Part shown: piece after piece, positions 39,380-52,651 of the stretch
Layout: the number at the start of each line of letters is the position of its first letter
Position numbering within the stretch: the stretch's first letter is position 1
Source: Amoebophrya sp. A120
Taxonomy: Eukaryota > Protista > Dinoflagellata
Length of the DNA: 64,000 nucleotides
Direction of reading: 5' to 3'
NCBI GenBank assembly: GCA_905178155.1
Contig: CAJINV010000001.1
Coordinates: 124,001 to 188,000, forward strand
Notes under the pieces: model-generated
Database searches by the model: none
Told to the model about the DNA's origin: nothing
What the model saw: only the letters and a program-made list of their open reading frames with translations
Translations under genes and position numbers: made by a program

Positions 39380-39715
39380 GCTGGCCATTCGGGCCATTCG
39401 AGCCATTCGCGCGGGCCGCCCGGGAGCGGCCGGCGCACCGTTCAGGGGCAATCCATTCGGCCCATTCGTGCGCGCGAACGGCCCGAATGGGTTGAATGGG
39501 TCGAATGGATCTAACGGCCTGAATGGCTCGAGTTTTCGGTCCATTTAGGCCCGCCAGGTGGGCCGCTCGACCCATTCGCGCCCCGCGAATGGGTCGAATG
39601 GCTCGAATGGGTCGAATGGGTCGAATGGCTCGAGTGGATTTCCGGCCGTTTTTCGAATGGGTCGAATGGCCCGCGGCTGAACGGGCCCGCGGGCCGGCCG
39701 GGCCGGCCTAATCCG
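39380..39715. repeat. Bidirectional CCATTCG/CGAATGG motif array between the two transposon ORFs
   Basis: More than 15 motif copies, often at 9-bp periodicity; the same motif occurs in both TIRs. Confidence 0.85.
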
Positions 39716-39957
39716 AAGCCCCGGCCGTCTGGCCGGAAGCGCTGCGGCGGAGGGCCGGGCGCCTCTATGTGTGCGCCCCAAGCGGGTTTTATCTGGTGAG
39801 GGAGACGCCGTCTCGAAAAAATGATGAAGAGACAATTATTTTCACTTTTTGCAATTTTGAAGCGCTGTGCAATTTTTCTGTAAAATTTCAGATCCTAGAA
39901 AGACCCCGAAGTAGTCAACCCCTCTAGTACATCGCGAATTCGCCCCGAAGTCAGAAA

Positions 39958-42900
39958 ATGGATGCTGACGAGCTGGCCGCTGCGATCGCCGATGCCGACG
40001 CGAAGGAGGAGAAGAAAAAGCAAAAAAAACAAGAGCTCGACGAGGAGAACAGCGGCAAAAACATCTCCAAAGCCCTCCTCCGGCAGAACTTCACCGTCAC
40101 CGACGGCAACATCGAACTGTATCGGAAGTTGCGCGGCCGCAGCGGGCGGCTGTCCAAACCGCAGTGGGAAACCTTTGCCCAGATGCCCCTCGCCGAGGAC
40201 AATGTCACCCACGTCTTCGACGCGAGTGTTATCGCGCAGAAGCGGGTCCTGAAAACGGAAAAAGTCGTCGGGTTTCAGCGCAGAGAGCTGTTGAAGTTTC
40301 TGACCGACCAGTACAAAGCGCTGGCGGACCCAGAACTTGCCAAGCAGAACCTCTCCGGCGTATCCTGTGGAAAGTATCGGGTTCGCAAAAATGCACACTT
40401 TGCATGGAAGACGTTTCGAATAGTGTTGATTTTGCATGACAGATTTACAATTTCGCTTTTCCCTTGATTTGTAATGCAAGTATATACAAGCTCGATATTT
40501 TTGTGATGCATACACAAACAATACCGGCAACGCGGAGTTTCTCTCTCGCGATGGCGACCAGAACAGCAATTTGCGCCACGGAGAAAACGCAACTGGCGAA
40601 GATGGCAGGGCGGCGAGCATGGTGCAGGACGACGTGGAGTCGGGTGAGGAAGTCGAGAGTAACGCTTCCTTGCGGATTAAGGAGGAACAGCAGTCCAACG
40701 AGGACGAGGAAATGCCTGCGTTCGACCAGCAGGATGACGGGCAGGAGTCCGCGGCAGGCGGAGATGATGACGCGGGCGCGGCCCGGAGCGATGCCATGTC
40801 GGACGGGGATTTTTCGGTGGAGGGGCACGTGCAGTCCACCTCGGAGAACCCGGGCAACCTGGACCTGGAGATCGAGGCCGGGGAACAGCATGCCAACCAG
40901 ACCGGAGCGTCTTCTTCAAGCAGCGCATCCGCCTCTACGGGATCCTCCAGCAGCCGGACAGCAAACATCAGCAACATGAGCAACTTCGTCGCTACATCCG
41001 GCAACACCTCTGGCCAGACGAGCTCCACTGCTACCAAGTCTTCGCGTGCCGGGCCGCGTCGTGTAGTGCGGGAAGTTATCAGCGCGGAAGCCACGGACAT
41101 TGCGTGGACCGAGCAGTTGAAGGCTCGGGTTTCGCTGGGCGAGGCGGCGCTGATTAAAACCACGAATGATCTCAAGCTGACCGACATTACGCCGTTGTTT
41201 TATGTGCAGCGACACCTGGAATATTCAGCACCGCGCAATGTTTGTCATGCTAGTTTGCATGTGAGGAGTCTCCCCTTTGGGAGTGAGCACTATTTGTCAT
41301 GCGAGCTTCTCCCCTCTGGGAATGAGCACTATTTGTCATGCTGAGCACTATTTGTCATGCGGGAATGAGCGCTATTTGTCATGGTCGATGGTGATGCATG
41401 AAAAACAAAGTGCATGACAAATTTTGCGCGTTGCTGAGGATGTCTAATTTTCTTGCGGACACGTTTCAATTCGAAGCTACGACCAAAACCGGAGTCGCAG
41501 TGCTGAAGAAGATGGCCATGGCGTCCCTGGGTTATCAAGTGGGGAGTCCATATCTCCTCCGATTTGTAATGCAGCAGTGCGTCCGGTCAAAAGTTAACTT
41601 TTGAAAATGCGCACTGCAAATTATTGGAGATATGGGCTTTTGGATTGTATACGCTGAAGGCCTATGCATTGCAAAAAAAAGAGCTTGTGGTAATATTATC
41701 GCAGATCTTTTCGAGCGGCGAGATGTGACTTGTCATGCAAATTTTTCCCGGATACCAAATTTGTCATGCATGATTGTGATTTACGACAAGCGTTTTTTTT
41801 TCCAATTGATAACGCAGCCCTGAAACAGCAGACCAGCCATCTCCGGGATTACGAAGGCGGCAAGTTTCTGTATTGGCTCGACCACAATGCCGAAGGATTC
41901 GATCCCACTGACCTGCCGCTTCCGCACGACTGGGTCTTCGTGTTGCCGCCCGGCATGGATAACGAGATGAAGGAAAAGGTCGACAACTACCGGGCGCGGG
42001 GAATCAAGGATGCCGCGCTGACGTTGATCGAGGGCGGAAAAGTCAAGAAGTTGAAGAAGATGGTGGCCGCCGCGTCGCACCAAGAGCCGGTGGTGTATGA
42101 AATGCTGATGAAGGCGATTGCGTCTTCGGACGTGTGGCACGACTTCCACGACATGCAGATCACGGTGGAAATGATTTGCGCTTTGGTGAAGAAGGCGGGC
42201 GGCGAAATCAAGTACCACGACTGCTATCCGGACTACCTCATGAACGAATTCATCACGATCAAGTCGCAGGGCATGACCCCCGCCTCGATCGCCGAGCTGC
42301 ACAAGAAGGTCCTGGGGCTGAATGCGACTACTGCCCCCTTCCTGCCGTTCAAGAAAACCACTCTCACGCTCCTGTGCGACCTGCTTGAGGAATCCCGCCG
42401 GACCCTCTCCACCCTGGTCGACAAACTGCTGGGGGTGAGTGACTCTACACAGTTCCTGATCTACTACAGGTATATAATGCTTCCTGTGATGTCGTTAGTA
42501 GAGTCTCTGCCTATTTCCTCTGCGGTGGTTTGTCGCGTGTGTTTTTGATATTCCGAATCGTTGTTTGCAATTTTAGCATTACATCTGTCACTCCAGGCGG
42601 GCGACGACCCGGGCTGAGTTGATCCTCGCTGTCGAGACCTTCAGAAAGGATGCCCCGACCCACAGCATCCGCGCCCTGCGGCTGTTGCACTACCTGGGGA
42701 TGGCCAGCGATTGTCCGGAAGACCTCGCGAAGGAGATCAAGAACACCGAAATGTCGGAGTTCGATGGCATCTTCAAACTGGCCATGGCCCGCCAGATGGG
42801 TACGGATGTGACCAGCGCCCCGCTGCGCGTGAAGGAGGTGGTGAACCTCACGTACAAGACCCTGGAGTTGATGGCAGAGGACTCGCTGGTGGAGATGGGG

Positions 42901-43308
42901 AAGTTGTGCGAGTTGGTGCGGGACAACCTGCCGCAGTACATCCCGAAGGAGGACATCATCAAGGCCGGGGAGGCTGCGAAGTGGTGCACGGAGGAGCGGT
43001 TGCGCCAAAAACGAGAAGCAAAGGCGGAGGAGAAGAAGGAAAAGGCGTACGAAGGTACGGACTCGGTTCTGGCGGGAGGGGCGAGGAAGAACAAGAAGCA
43101 GGCGGAGGAGGATACTATGATGTTGGCGGACCGGCTGGAGGACGCGAAGAAAGCCCAGGCCGCTAAGCGGCAGCGGGACCAGATGCAGAACTCCTCCTCC
43201 AGCAGCTCGGGGACGAACAACAACGGGTTGAAGTTTGCGAAAAAGGACCAGAACGTTTTCATGGACGAGCTCGAGGCCTTGTACCAGGACGATGACGACA
43301 GCGAGTAG
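39958..43308 (+). CDS. Unknown protein (about 850 aa spliced) inside the transposon; acidic/Ser-rich linker, charged C-terminus
   Basis: High-GC3 ORFs joined by intron 40360-40528 (ccggc repeat), IR introns about 41222-41442 and 41533-41811, and canonical GT-AG intron 42470-42596. Confidence 0.7.
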
Positions 43309-45251
43309 TCTGGCGGAACAGGTCAGCACAAGCCAACGACACTAGCAGCAGTACTACCAACAGTTAATAGCAGTGAATTCATCCAGAAGAGCAGAACAAC
43401 CATCCTTCAATAGTTTCAGCAGTCAGTCTCTGTGATCAGTACCGAAAAACAACCAGAAAATTGATCTTGCAACTTGCAGCAGCAGAAAAATCCTGATGAT
43501 TAGTAGACAAACCTCCTCGCCACATCACTGCCGATCAAATTCGGTGAAAGAACTGCGCGAGCACCCGAGAACTTTGCCGCTTTGCCTACAATGCATTGCG
43601 TCGCCCCTTTACTAATTTTGAGTACGCAACAGCAACAGTCTTGAACAATGTAAGAAATTCCCGTCGAGTAATTTTCCAGTTTTGCCGAATAATGCAGCAG
43701 TGGCGCATCTCCTCGTGCGTACCCTGTGCAAAAGTGCCGCAGCTGGAGTGTTTGGGGGTTTGCATGACATATGCCACTCGTAGGGGAAATCAGCATTACA
43801 GACTCTATTTTGGTTTATGAAGGAGTTTGCATTGCGACTTCCAGCATTGCGGGCCTTTTGTCATGCATAGCATCCCACGACGCGCTAATGTAAACGAAAA
43901 ACAACGAACAAATGCATGGATACCGGATCGCAAGCCCTGCGCTACTGCCCTCCAGATACCCAGGGCTTGGACTCGACACCAAACGAAAATGTTGAACTGG
44001 CCTCCGAGAACTACAGTCTTTTCTTCTTCCCCCCTCATCCTGACCACCCCACCCTTCGAGCAGGGCAGCAACTCGGGTCCGGAGCTGGCATCGTGGTCGC
44101 GCGTAGCGATCGTTGGTTCCTGGCAGGAGATCATTGAAAAAGGATGATGTGAACTACGTTTGTGGTTTTCTTCGTTTCTCAGTTATTCCCCAAATAGATG
44201 AACTGGTATTTGTAGAAAAAAAGCAACTGGTGCTTCCCTAAACCGAAGGAACTTTTTTCTGATTTCTTGGCAAGTTGCAAAAAAAAAGTAAAGCAAGTGA
44301 GTCGGAAACTGGGGCCCTGCAGGTTGCTCTTGTTGTGTTCGTGTTCTGTGCCTCGCACTAAGGGAATTGCACTCGTTTGCGTCATCTTTTTTTGCCTGCT
44401 TGCAGGACGGAGTCGAAAATGCCATAGGAGCGGAGGGCAGCACTGGCTGGCGTAGCTGGCATCTTGGGTTGCATGCGCGTGGGCCCTTTGACCCAGCCAA
44501 GCCTCGGGTCGTCGTTTCGCCACCATCGCGTCACGGGTTGGATTCACGGGAGTTGCGCGAGGCGTGGCGCACCAAATCCCAGGCGGAGATAATACGGAGC
44601 AACATTGCTGTCGGGCTACGTGGAGATGAATGGCCGAAACGTTCAGCAGTGCCACAACCGGGAACGCAGACGGTGGGCAAGCTGACCCCGGGACCATTTT
44701 GGCTCAAGTTGGTTTGCATGGAAAATATTTTTTTTTTTGTTCAATGGTCTAAATGGCTCGAATGGTTATGGTCAGTCTGACCCTCTTGAATCCATAGAAG
44801 ATCTGATATTCTTGATCTCTGTCATCAATTGATTTGAAAAGATTTCGAATCAGGGGAAAAATAATGATGTTGATGTTGATGATTCATTCTGATTTTTATT
44901 CGTAGAAATAAAAAGAAAAAGAGTGCCGCGTTGGTGTTTGTGATTGTGTGTGTCTGCCGTGAAATTCATTAATACAAACATGACAAGATGATGATTATGA
45001 AGATCAGAAAATTGGTGTGAATGTAGTCGGAACATGGGGGACATGTGGAGGTGTTGTTTTGTGCGCATGGAGGCCAAGGCTCTGCTTCCCGGGCAGCCTC
45101 TGTGTCGCGCTTCTGCGCAGTACTCCGCCGATTGTCAAAAGAGTATGGATCTTGTCGTTGTGGTCCGCTTTGGTCCCGCGCTGCGGCCGCGGCCCGGCTG
45201 TGTTGTCTTGTGTGTTCCATAGCTATTTTGTCGTTGTTTTTTATTTTGATT

Positions 45252-48200
45252 TCAAGCGCTGCGCCTGCGCCGACGTGGACGACCATCAGGATCAAGTGGA
45301 CGACCATGATCATCAGTTGGTTGTTGTTTCAACTTTATGAATTGGTACCCCAGACCCGCCAACAAAATGCCAAATGCAATGACAATTAGGTGGAGGTCCT
45401 GGATCCCCGTCAAAGGAGTGAGATAGTGTATAGACAATATGACTGTGAAAATGGTAATAAAAGCCATCAACATGAGGAAGGATCTTATTGGGTATGCGTA
45501 TGCCGTTGCTGGAGCCCGACGTAAATTGTTCCATGTTCCTGCTGCGACCCAAGAAAAAAAGTTCCATGCTAGTCCTGGTGCTGGCGCTAAAAACGTGTGC
45601 CAACAGGAGGAAAACAAAGCAGAGCAACATGATGTGCACGCTGCGCAGCGGTCCTTCCTTGTGCTCGGTGTTACTACAGTTTCCGGGGGTCCCGGAGGGC
45701 CTCCCGATCCGGGGCGCAGCGCCCCGGAGTGTTGCTTGGGGAGTTCGGTAGGCAGCAACTTTGCATCTTCAGCAGACGCAGTGCCTGTCGCTCGTACCGG
45801 AGCACCGACAAGGCCGCGGCGGGCCGCTGGGGTCGTCCACCAACGCGCCGCTGTAGTTGCGGCTTGATATCTTCCAGGGCGGATTGTGCTGCCTTTCGGA
45901 TTCGAGCGCGCTTCTCCATTTTCGTCCCCCGAGTCCAGAGTACTTGCATCTTCACTGTCGGCGGCCCTGCGTCGCTGCCCCTGCTGTTCCGTGACGGGTC
46001 GAGACGAGTACTCTTGGCGCTGCCAGAAGTAGTGGTCTTGGCGCATCTGAATGTGAGAGCTTGATGACTTCGCGCGACCCAGGTTCTGCTTGGCCAGGAT
46101 TTCAAAAAAGGACGCCCCCGCGCGTTTGTGCCCTGGCGACCGCGCAGTGAATTGTGGCACCGTCGGAACGCCTTGTGCCTTTTTCTCCTCTGCTGGATTC
46201 AGGTACCGTTTCCCCGATGGCAGTATGCAACTGCAAAAGCAAAGGCGCAAGTGGCATCGGCAGTATCTTCCAGTAAATCTTATAATGTAAATGTATAGAT
46301 ATCTTTATCCAATCTGGATGATAAAGTTTCGCATCTGGCAGATACGAAACTTTTTTTAAACAGTAAGCACAAAGAAAGTTCACTCACGGCAGCGGCACGC
46401 TTAGAAGAGCGCATCATGCAATAACGATGAGAAACAGATGAGTGATGAATCGCAAAAGAGAATAGACATCTAGATGATGTATGAAGATCAACATGGAAAA
46501 CGAAAAAACTACTACGGCGTGCTTTATGTATTCATCTTGCACTTGGCACGGGCGCGGTGCTTCTTTTAAGGGGGATATCTAAGACGCGGCCCCATTCCGC
46601 TTGCAGGACCGGGAGGACGTCGACGAAGCTCTGTACCAGGCGCCGATCCACACCGCCATCCTTAGTCTTCCGCGAGCGAGATGGGCCCGTCTTGTCCGCC
46701 TCATCTCTTCCGAACAGAAACTCTCCCGTGCGCCGAAAGGAATCGCCTACGCCGCCTGCGATCGGAGCGTGGTGTATTAACTCCGCCAAAGTTGTAGTTG
46801 TAGGAGCTGTACCGCCAGCGGCGTTTCTGTTTCGGCTTTGGTCCTCCTGCTCTTTCGCTTTCCTCCCGCTGACCGACAAAAAGCCTTGCACGAGCAAAAG
46901 CATCGCGACAATTACGCCGGCAAATTGAGCCTCCGGCGATGCTGCTATCCTGCTGGGAAAAAGAATCATACTCGTTGCTTGGCGTGCCAATTTTTCAATA
47001 TCGCAGTGTTGCATGACACGGAGGCACTGGGCCCTCTTAGTTTAAGTCGCTCCGCACTAGCTCTTCGACTAGCGAAGCATACAAAAAAGTCATTGCAAAG
47101 GCAAGCCGCGGACGGGCACGTGGAGAGCCGATGCATAAGGAAACACAAAGAAGGCAATTTCTAAACCTACCTGCGAGTAGAAGATAGTTTTGCATTCAAT
47201 AGACGCCACCATCTCGGAAAATGATGAAGCTGGACCGGAAAGAACAGTGGCAGTGCGTGGGGTAGTTTTCGTCGGAGCCGCCTGGTTTAGTATTACATCT
47301 GCATCAGCGCGCTCTTTCTCATGGTTCTCATAGGGTTCTCGACGTGTCCTCGTCTGCTGCATCTGTTCCCGCCTGTTACCCTGGAAGAACTGCAGGAGGC
47401 TCCCCTTTGGCGTTCTGTTCGCGATCGTTCTCGTTGTTCTCGGGATCTTCGTGTCGTGGCCGTCCTTTTCTTGTGTAGTTTCTGCCCCGAGATCGCGCGC
47501 CCTTCCCAGTGTTCCCAGGAGCCAGCCGGATAGAACGTCCACACTGGTAAAATGTTGCCAATCGATTCCCTGCACTACGCGCTTGACAATGGGGAGCAAC
47601 AATCGAGCCGGGGCTTGGTCTGGCGCGTCATTATCTTCCGCAGGCGCCCCAAACATCTCTCCAAACATGTCGAGCGTGTCGCTCACGCCGGACATTGCGC
47701 GCCTCGCCCGGCCGAAGTACGTGCCAGTGGTAGACGGAGCTGATTTTTTTCCGCCGCCTGTTCCCGTAAACAAGCCGAAGCCACGCACTTCGGGCATCAG
47801 GAGGAAACTATCCTGCATTGGAAACGCGAGCAGCTTGCTGTCCGTAGACAAAAGGTCGCGCTCCGTCAACCTAGGAAAGACGTCCAGCACCTGCAAACCA
47901 TGGTAAAGCGGCGGAGCGCTATCCTGGGTACAAACGTTCCCGCTCCAACATCCTCAAGACGGGAAATCTGCTAAACAAATCGCCTTCGCCGAGCTGTGGT
48001 TGTTGAGCATTACAAAAAATTTGGGCTAGCAGGGTAAGTAAGTAGTCTTGTTGAGGTAGTGTAACCACAACACATCACAGATCTAGCATATATCGCTTAA
48101 TATCATTTGAAGAGCATCACAAATCTGAAATAAAACACGACTAGAAATAAATGCTCCTCATTATGGAGCTGCGCATGAGAAACATGTTTTTTTAGGCATG

Positions 48201-51200
48201 AGGATTTTTTGCATGACAGTGTTGGGATGGGGACGTTTTTCACAGAATAAGCGAAGTCGGTTTCAAGTACTTTTTCGTCGGCGAAGGCCGCGAAGGTCGC
48301 CTGCAGAATCTGCTTCATCACCTATCATGATGAAAACCGCACCTGGCCCAGAACTGCTACTTGGCAGCATTTGCATTGCAAACCCGCCAAGAAAAACTAA
48401 GCACATTCCCGGACTTGCATGTATCAGCGCCGCGAATTCCCGCTGCACAAATATCCGCTGCAAAAAGGCCGAGCAACAGCGGCGTTCGTCATGTAGGAGA
48501 CTAGATCAGGAAAACTCGTAATTGGTTCTTCCACGCATGGCATGCCATGCAACACAAAGATAAAGAAGAAGCACAAGCTCCTGCTTCCATTTGGAAACTT
48601 TGGGCCAAACACATTTCCCTCTTCATCTTCTGGGGAAGGTGGGGCGCTTTTCATTCCAATATCAACCCCTCAAGATACCGCTTGGCCCGTTTCCCCAATT
48701 TCGCGCGAATTTCTCGCTCGGCGTCCCCGCGGTCCTTCGACGGAGATCCTTATAACCCTCTCACGCGGGACAACCTCTTCGGTGGTAATGATGAAGTAGG
48801 AGGCCCATGATGCAGATGCATATCATCAAGATCATCATCATGCAAAGACAAAGACAAAGACGAGTGCGCGCTGATTATGATTTGGCACTTTCATATATAT
48901 TTTTTTATAGAATGTAAACGTATATGTAAACTCATGCTGGAATATCGCCGATCTGAATGCCCTAATAGCATCTACGTGAAGTAACTTTGTGCTGGTTGCG
49001 AATGAACCAGTGTGGCTTCGCACGTTCTTCCACCTGCGGCTCATGCAAGACAATAAAGGCTCCGAAGATCAAAACACTCTCACAGTTGAGATATTTACGC
49101 GTGAGCGGGTTATAGTTGTCGCGCCGTGCTGGTCTGCCTTTTCTTCTTGCCCAAACCCGCCGGGAGAGAGGACGTTCTTGCCTTCTTGTAGTCATACTCC
49201 CGGAGCAGCGTCTTCGGAATATGCAGCCGACTGGACTGTAGGAAGCCGCGCAGCAGCCGGGCAAGGTTTTTCGCGGCGAAGTGCAAGAGGCGGTAAAACG
49301 CGTAGTCTTCCTCCAGTAGCACCCCCTGCAGGCGTTCTGTGGACACCGCTGCGCCGCTGCTTCTACCCGGAACGAGAGTTCGCGCAAAGCTCGCTCGGTC
49401 GTAGAAAACTCGGTAGACTCGGAGCTGTCCCCGCCGCTTTTTTTTTTCCCCTTTTTTTCGCACCAAGCCGGCGGGCGCGAACACGCGAAAGCCCCCGACA
49501 CGCGCTGTGTCCAATAAATGGCTGCCGCTCGAAGTCGCACTGGCCGACGGCGTGGTCGCAGAGGCCGAGGCCTTAGCTTGTGGCCCAGCAGCAGGCGGAG
49601 CTTTCGCAACATGGGTGTGGCTTTCATCCTGCTGCCCCGGAGCCGCTAGCTTCGTAGCTCCCGGGGGGAGAAGTCGGAGAGTATCGGCGGCCAAGTCCTC
49701 TAGGAAGATACGCGGAGCGTACGCCTGTGGCCCACGAAGGCCAAGGAAGTTCTCCAGGGGGACCGCTTCCAAGGAGATCCGAGCAACCTTCTTTCCGCGT
49801 GAAAAAAGGTCCTCCGGACTGGCGAAGGTTGGTTGCGGCTGTTTCTGCCCGCCATGATGATTCGCAGCTTTTTCCTCCGTGCCGACCACATGATAAGCCA
49901 CCTGCGTCACCGCAAAAACAGATCCGGGGCTGAACATGAGCTGCGGACTCGCCGAATTAGTAGAGCTGCTGAAGACGGGGATTAGGAACGTCACCAGGTC
50001 ACCGGCTTGCGGGAGTGGAAACAGGTATTGCAGGTTGATCTGAAACTGTTGCTGTTGCAGATGATTGGGATGTTTTATTTCAGTCTTCCCTGGCGGAAGC
50101 TTCACGGCGACGGGTGAGGCGAAATGCACCGGCAGCGAAAGGTCTCGCCGTGTCGTCGATTTCTGATTCCGAACGTCGCCTTTTAGCACCTTGCCGACCT
50201 GCCCCTGCAGCGCAGTCTGCAGCGGACCTTGTAACTCCGCGAACAAGGGCGACGGCCCTTCGATCGGTGCCGGAGTGCTCCCACCAGCCGTTTGTTGACC
50301 ACGGAATATGACCTGTACGAAAACGGCTGCGCCTTCGGGTCGCAGGAGACCGAGGTCGTTCCCTAGAAACCGATTGACGTTCCCGGTGTCGGTACTCAAA
50401 GCCGCCGTCAGCCCGCCACTTTCGCCTCCTGCCGCCCCGTTGAGGGATTGGGTCAAGAGGCGCAGCGGCGCTTTGATCTCTTTGCTGGAAAGAAACTCTT
50501 TGGCGGATGATCCACCGCTCGCCATGCTGATCATCCCGCGCGTCACCTGTCGCAGCGCCACCGCCCCCAGACCGTTTGCAAAGAAGTCTACCCACGTCTC
50601 CGACGGTCTTCTTGCGCCCCTGCTCGAGGACAGCTGCTCTTCTTCCTCGGTGGTCGTTGCGACGTCCTGTTCGTCGTGCTTCCTTGTTCTATGGGGCGGA
50701 GAGAGCACCACAGCGCCCCCCTACACGATAGTATTTGTATGGAGTTTTTAATATTTTCACAGCAAGATGATGAAGACGAACAGCTGCAACAGCAACACTG
50801 CAGCTCCTTCGGCATAACTTTAACTACACACCTACACGTGGACCACTAGAGCGGTATATTATATCGCTTGTCCGCGTCGCCGCCGCGAGTCTTTTTATTA
50901 AATAAACAGTGGCGAACGACAAGGGAGGACATCGGACAAGGTGGAGTGGATTTGGAATGTTCTTCATGTTCTTGCGTGATGTACTTACAAATGAGGGACA
51001 GGCGCTGGTGGAGCTGTGCACTCTCATACCTCACTCGCGGCCGGGCAGGGGACGACGAGGAGGATCGTCCTGCGGAACGTGAACGACCTGCGCGGCCTGA
51101 CATCAGCTGCAGCCAAGTCATTTTATTCTTGGCGTGTTCGCTAGGCCGAGAACGTCGGCTTGGAGCTGTCGTTTTGGCCGCGAAGTAGACGGAGGTGGTA

Positions 51201-52651
51201 GAGTTGTCCGCCGGTGCCCCCAACTCGTCGGCGTCGCGGCCCCGGAGGTGCCGACCACCGCGGCCATAGTAGTTCTGGACGTGCTGGGGCTGCTGGGCGC
51301 TCTCCTCTTCGTAGTGGTTTCTGTCATCTGTACCACTGCCTACTTGCTCTTGCTCGTCCTGCGCAAAGAAGCTGCTGAGCTGAGAGATGCGGCCGTCAGG
51401 CAAGGTCTCCACGGAGAGAAAGTCAGGCCCGTTATTTCTTGGCCCCACCCGCGGTTCTTCTTTTTGTTTTTGATGTACGTGATCCTGCTCTGCTCGCGTA
51501 GTTTGTGGTCCCGTCGCAACTGCACTTCTGGTGGTGCCAGTATCAAATGCAAATACGTCTGGGTCCTCTGGAAGGGTGCGAATCTGTGATGCAGCTAACT
51601 CTGGCCACCACAAAAATCTGTCTTGCGCGGCCCACAAAACCTGGTCTCTTTGTGCGACCCGGACTACGATTTCTCATGCCGCGGACAAGGCATGCCCACG
51701 CGCACCAGGTGATCGAAAAATCTCTGATGCTAGTAGGACCTGTATAATGCCAGACGCAGACCTTCTGTTTCATACAAAAACAGCAGAGCAAGAATTTGCA
51801 CTCTTCCAGACGACCCAGAGGACATGTATGCAGTTGATAGGCAGCCTTTCTCGCTTCGTCACTACGTCGAGATGGCGTCGCTGACAGGTCCTGCGTATCT
51901 TCAACAGCTGCGCGCAGGTCAGGCTGATTGCTTTGAGGGGACAGTTCGTAATCATATCCACTGCGAATCGAGGATCGCTAATGCCAATCTTGCAATTGCA
52001 TGACAGAAAATTATAAGGCTTGTTCTGTCCACCTGCATCTGAATGCTGACCAAAACATTGCAGCTCGTCTACTAGTGCTATTTGGAAAAATCTGTGTGTC
52101 AACATGCGATTTATTATTACAGATTGAAATTGATGATAAACAGAATCATAAGAGCGATGCTTCTTTTGCAAATCATATTTCGTTGTGCAGATGCTTCTGC
52201 CGCCCCGCCTGCCGCTCGCTCACGCCGCCCGAGAAATCTATGAGTGTGCACAACTTCCGCTCCCCCTCATCTGGATAGCATCGATAACAATTTGAAGAAT
52301 ACACAGCAACCCAAGCTCTGGCATTTATTTGTTTCAAATATGCCGGCTTTGCATGTTGACAAACTCGAACAGGATTGTAGTGCTATTTGGGCTCCTCCCG
52401 GAGCCTGCTGTCACGCAAGCAATGCCAAGCGGCAAAGCGTGGACTTGCAATGCCAATGCAGCAAGTTGTACTTGATGTTGATTTTGCATGACAAATGGGG
52501 GGAAGAGCGAGGGGTTGCGCATGACTGTCATAAATAAAGCCTCACTTCTTGTTCTGCTAAAATTGTTCTCGCTCCTTTCATCATCTCCTGGCGTCGCAGC
52601 TGCGCTGGCGATCACGGTGGGGACGAGGCAACACGAGAGAAAACAGATCAT
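45252..52651 (-). CDS. Large unknown protein (paralog 1) with possible N-terminal signal peptide and C-terminal hydrophobic pair; multi-exon
   Basis: Chain of long ORFs (50846-51637, 49110-50711, 47090-47896, 46532-47014, 45252-46250); MICFLSCCLVPTVIASAAA at 52651; strong similarity to paralog at 55772-64000. Confidence 0.7.
47920..48249. mobile_element. Introner specific to paralog 1
   Basis: TSD agcgc/agcga; empty site gcggagcgaagtcgg at about 61412. Confidence 0.85.
48323..48661. mobile_element. Introner specific to paralog 1
   Basis: TSD tcacc/tcaac; empty site ctttatcaacgcc at about 61494. Confidence 0.85.
48751..49114. mobile_element. Introner specific to paralog 1
   Basis: TIR tataaccc.ctcacgcg; TSD decayed; paralog 2 is uninterrupted at about 61590. 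Confidence 0.78.
51541..51839. mobile_element. Introner family B
   Basis: TSD gccag/ggcag. Confidence 0.82.

Larger units (their letters stand above)
34331..44789 (+). mobile_element. 10.5-kb TIR DNA transposon (hAT-like) with two large ORFs
   Basis: Imperfect TIRs of about 55 bp: TTATGAGGGTCGATTGACCATAACCATTCAGCCCATTTAAACCATT vs revcomp TCAAGAGGGTCAGACTGACCATAACCATTCGAGCCATTTAGACCATT. Flanking direct repeat ATCCAT at 34325-34330 and 44790-44795. GC-rich interior inside AT-rich flanks. Confidence 0.8.

Noticed and set aside
39895-43329. Long minus-strand ORFs opposite ORF2
   Set aside because: Antisense shadows of a high-GC3 sense gene
43500-44700. Third gene inside the transposon
   Set aside because: An introner-like segment near 43720-43922 hints at one, but no consistent spliced ORF could be built
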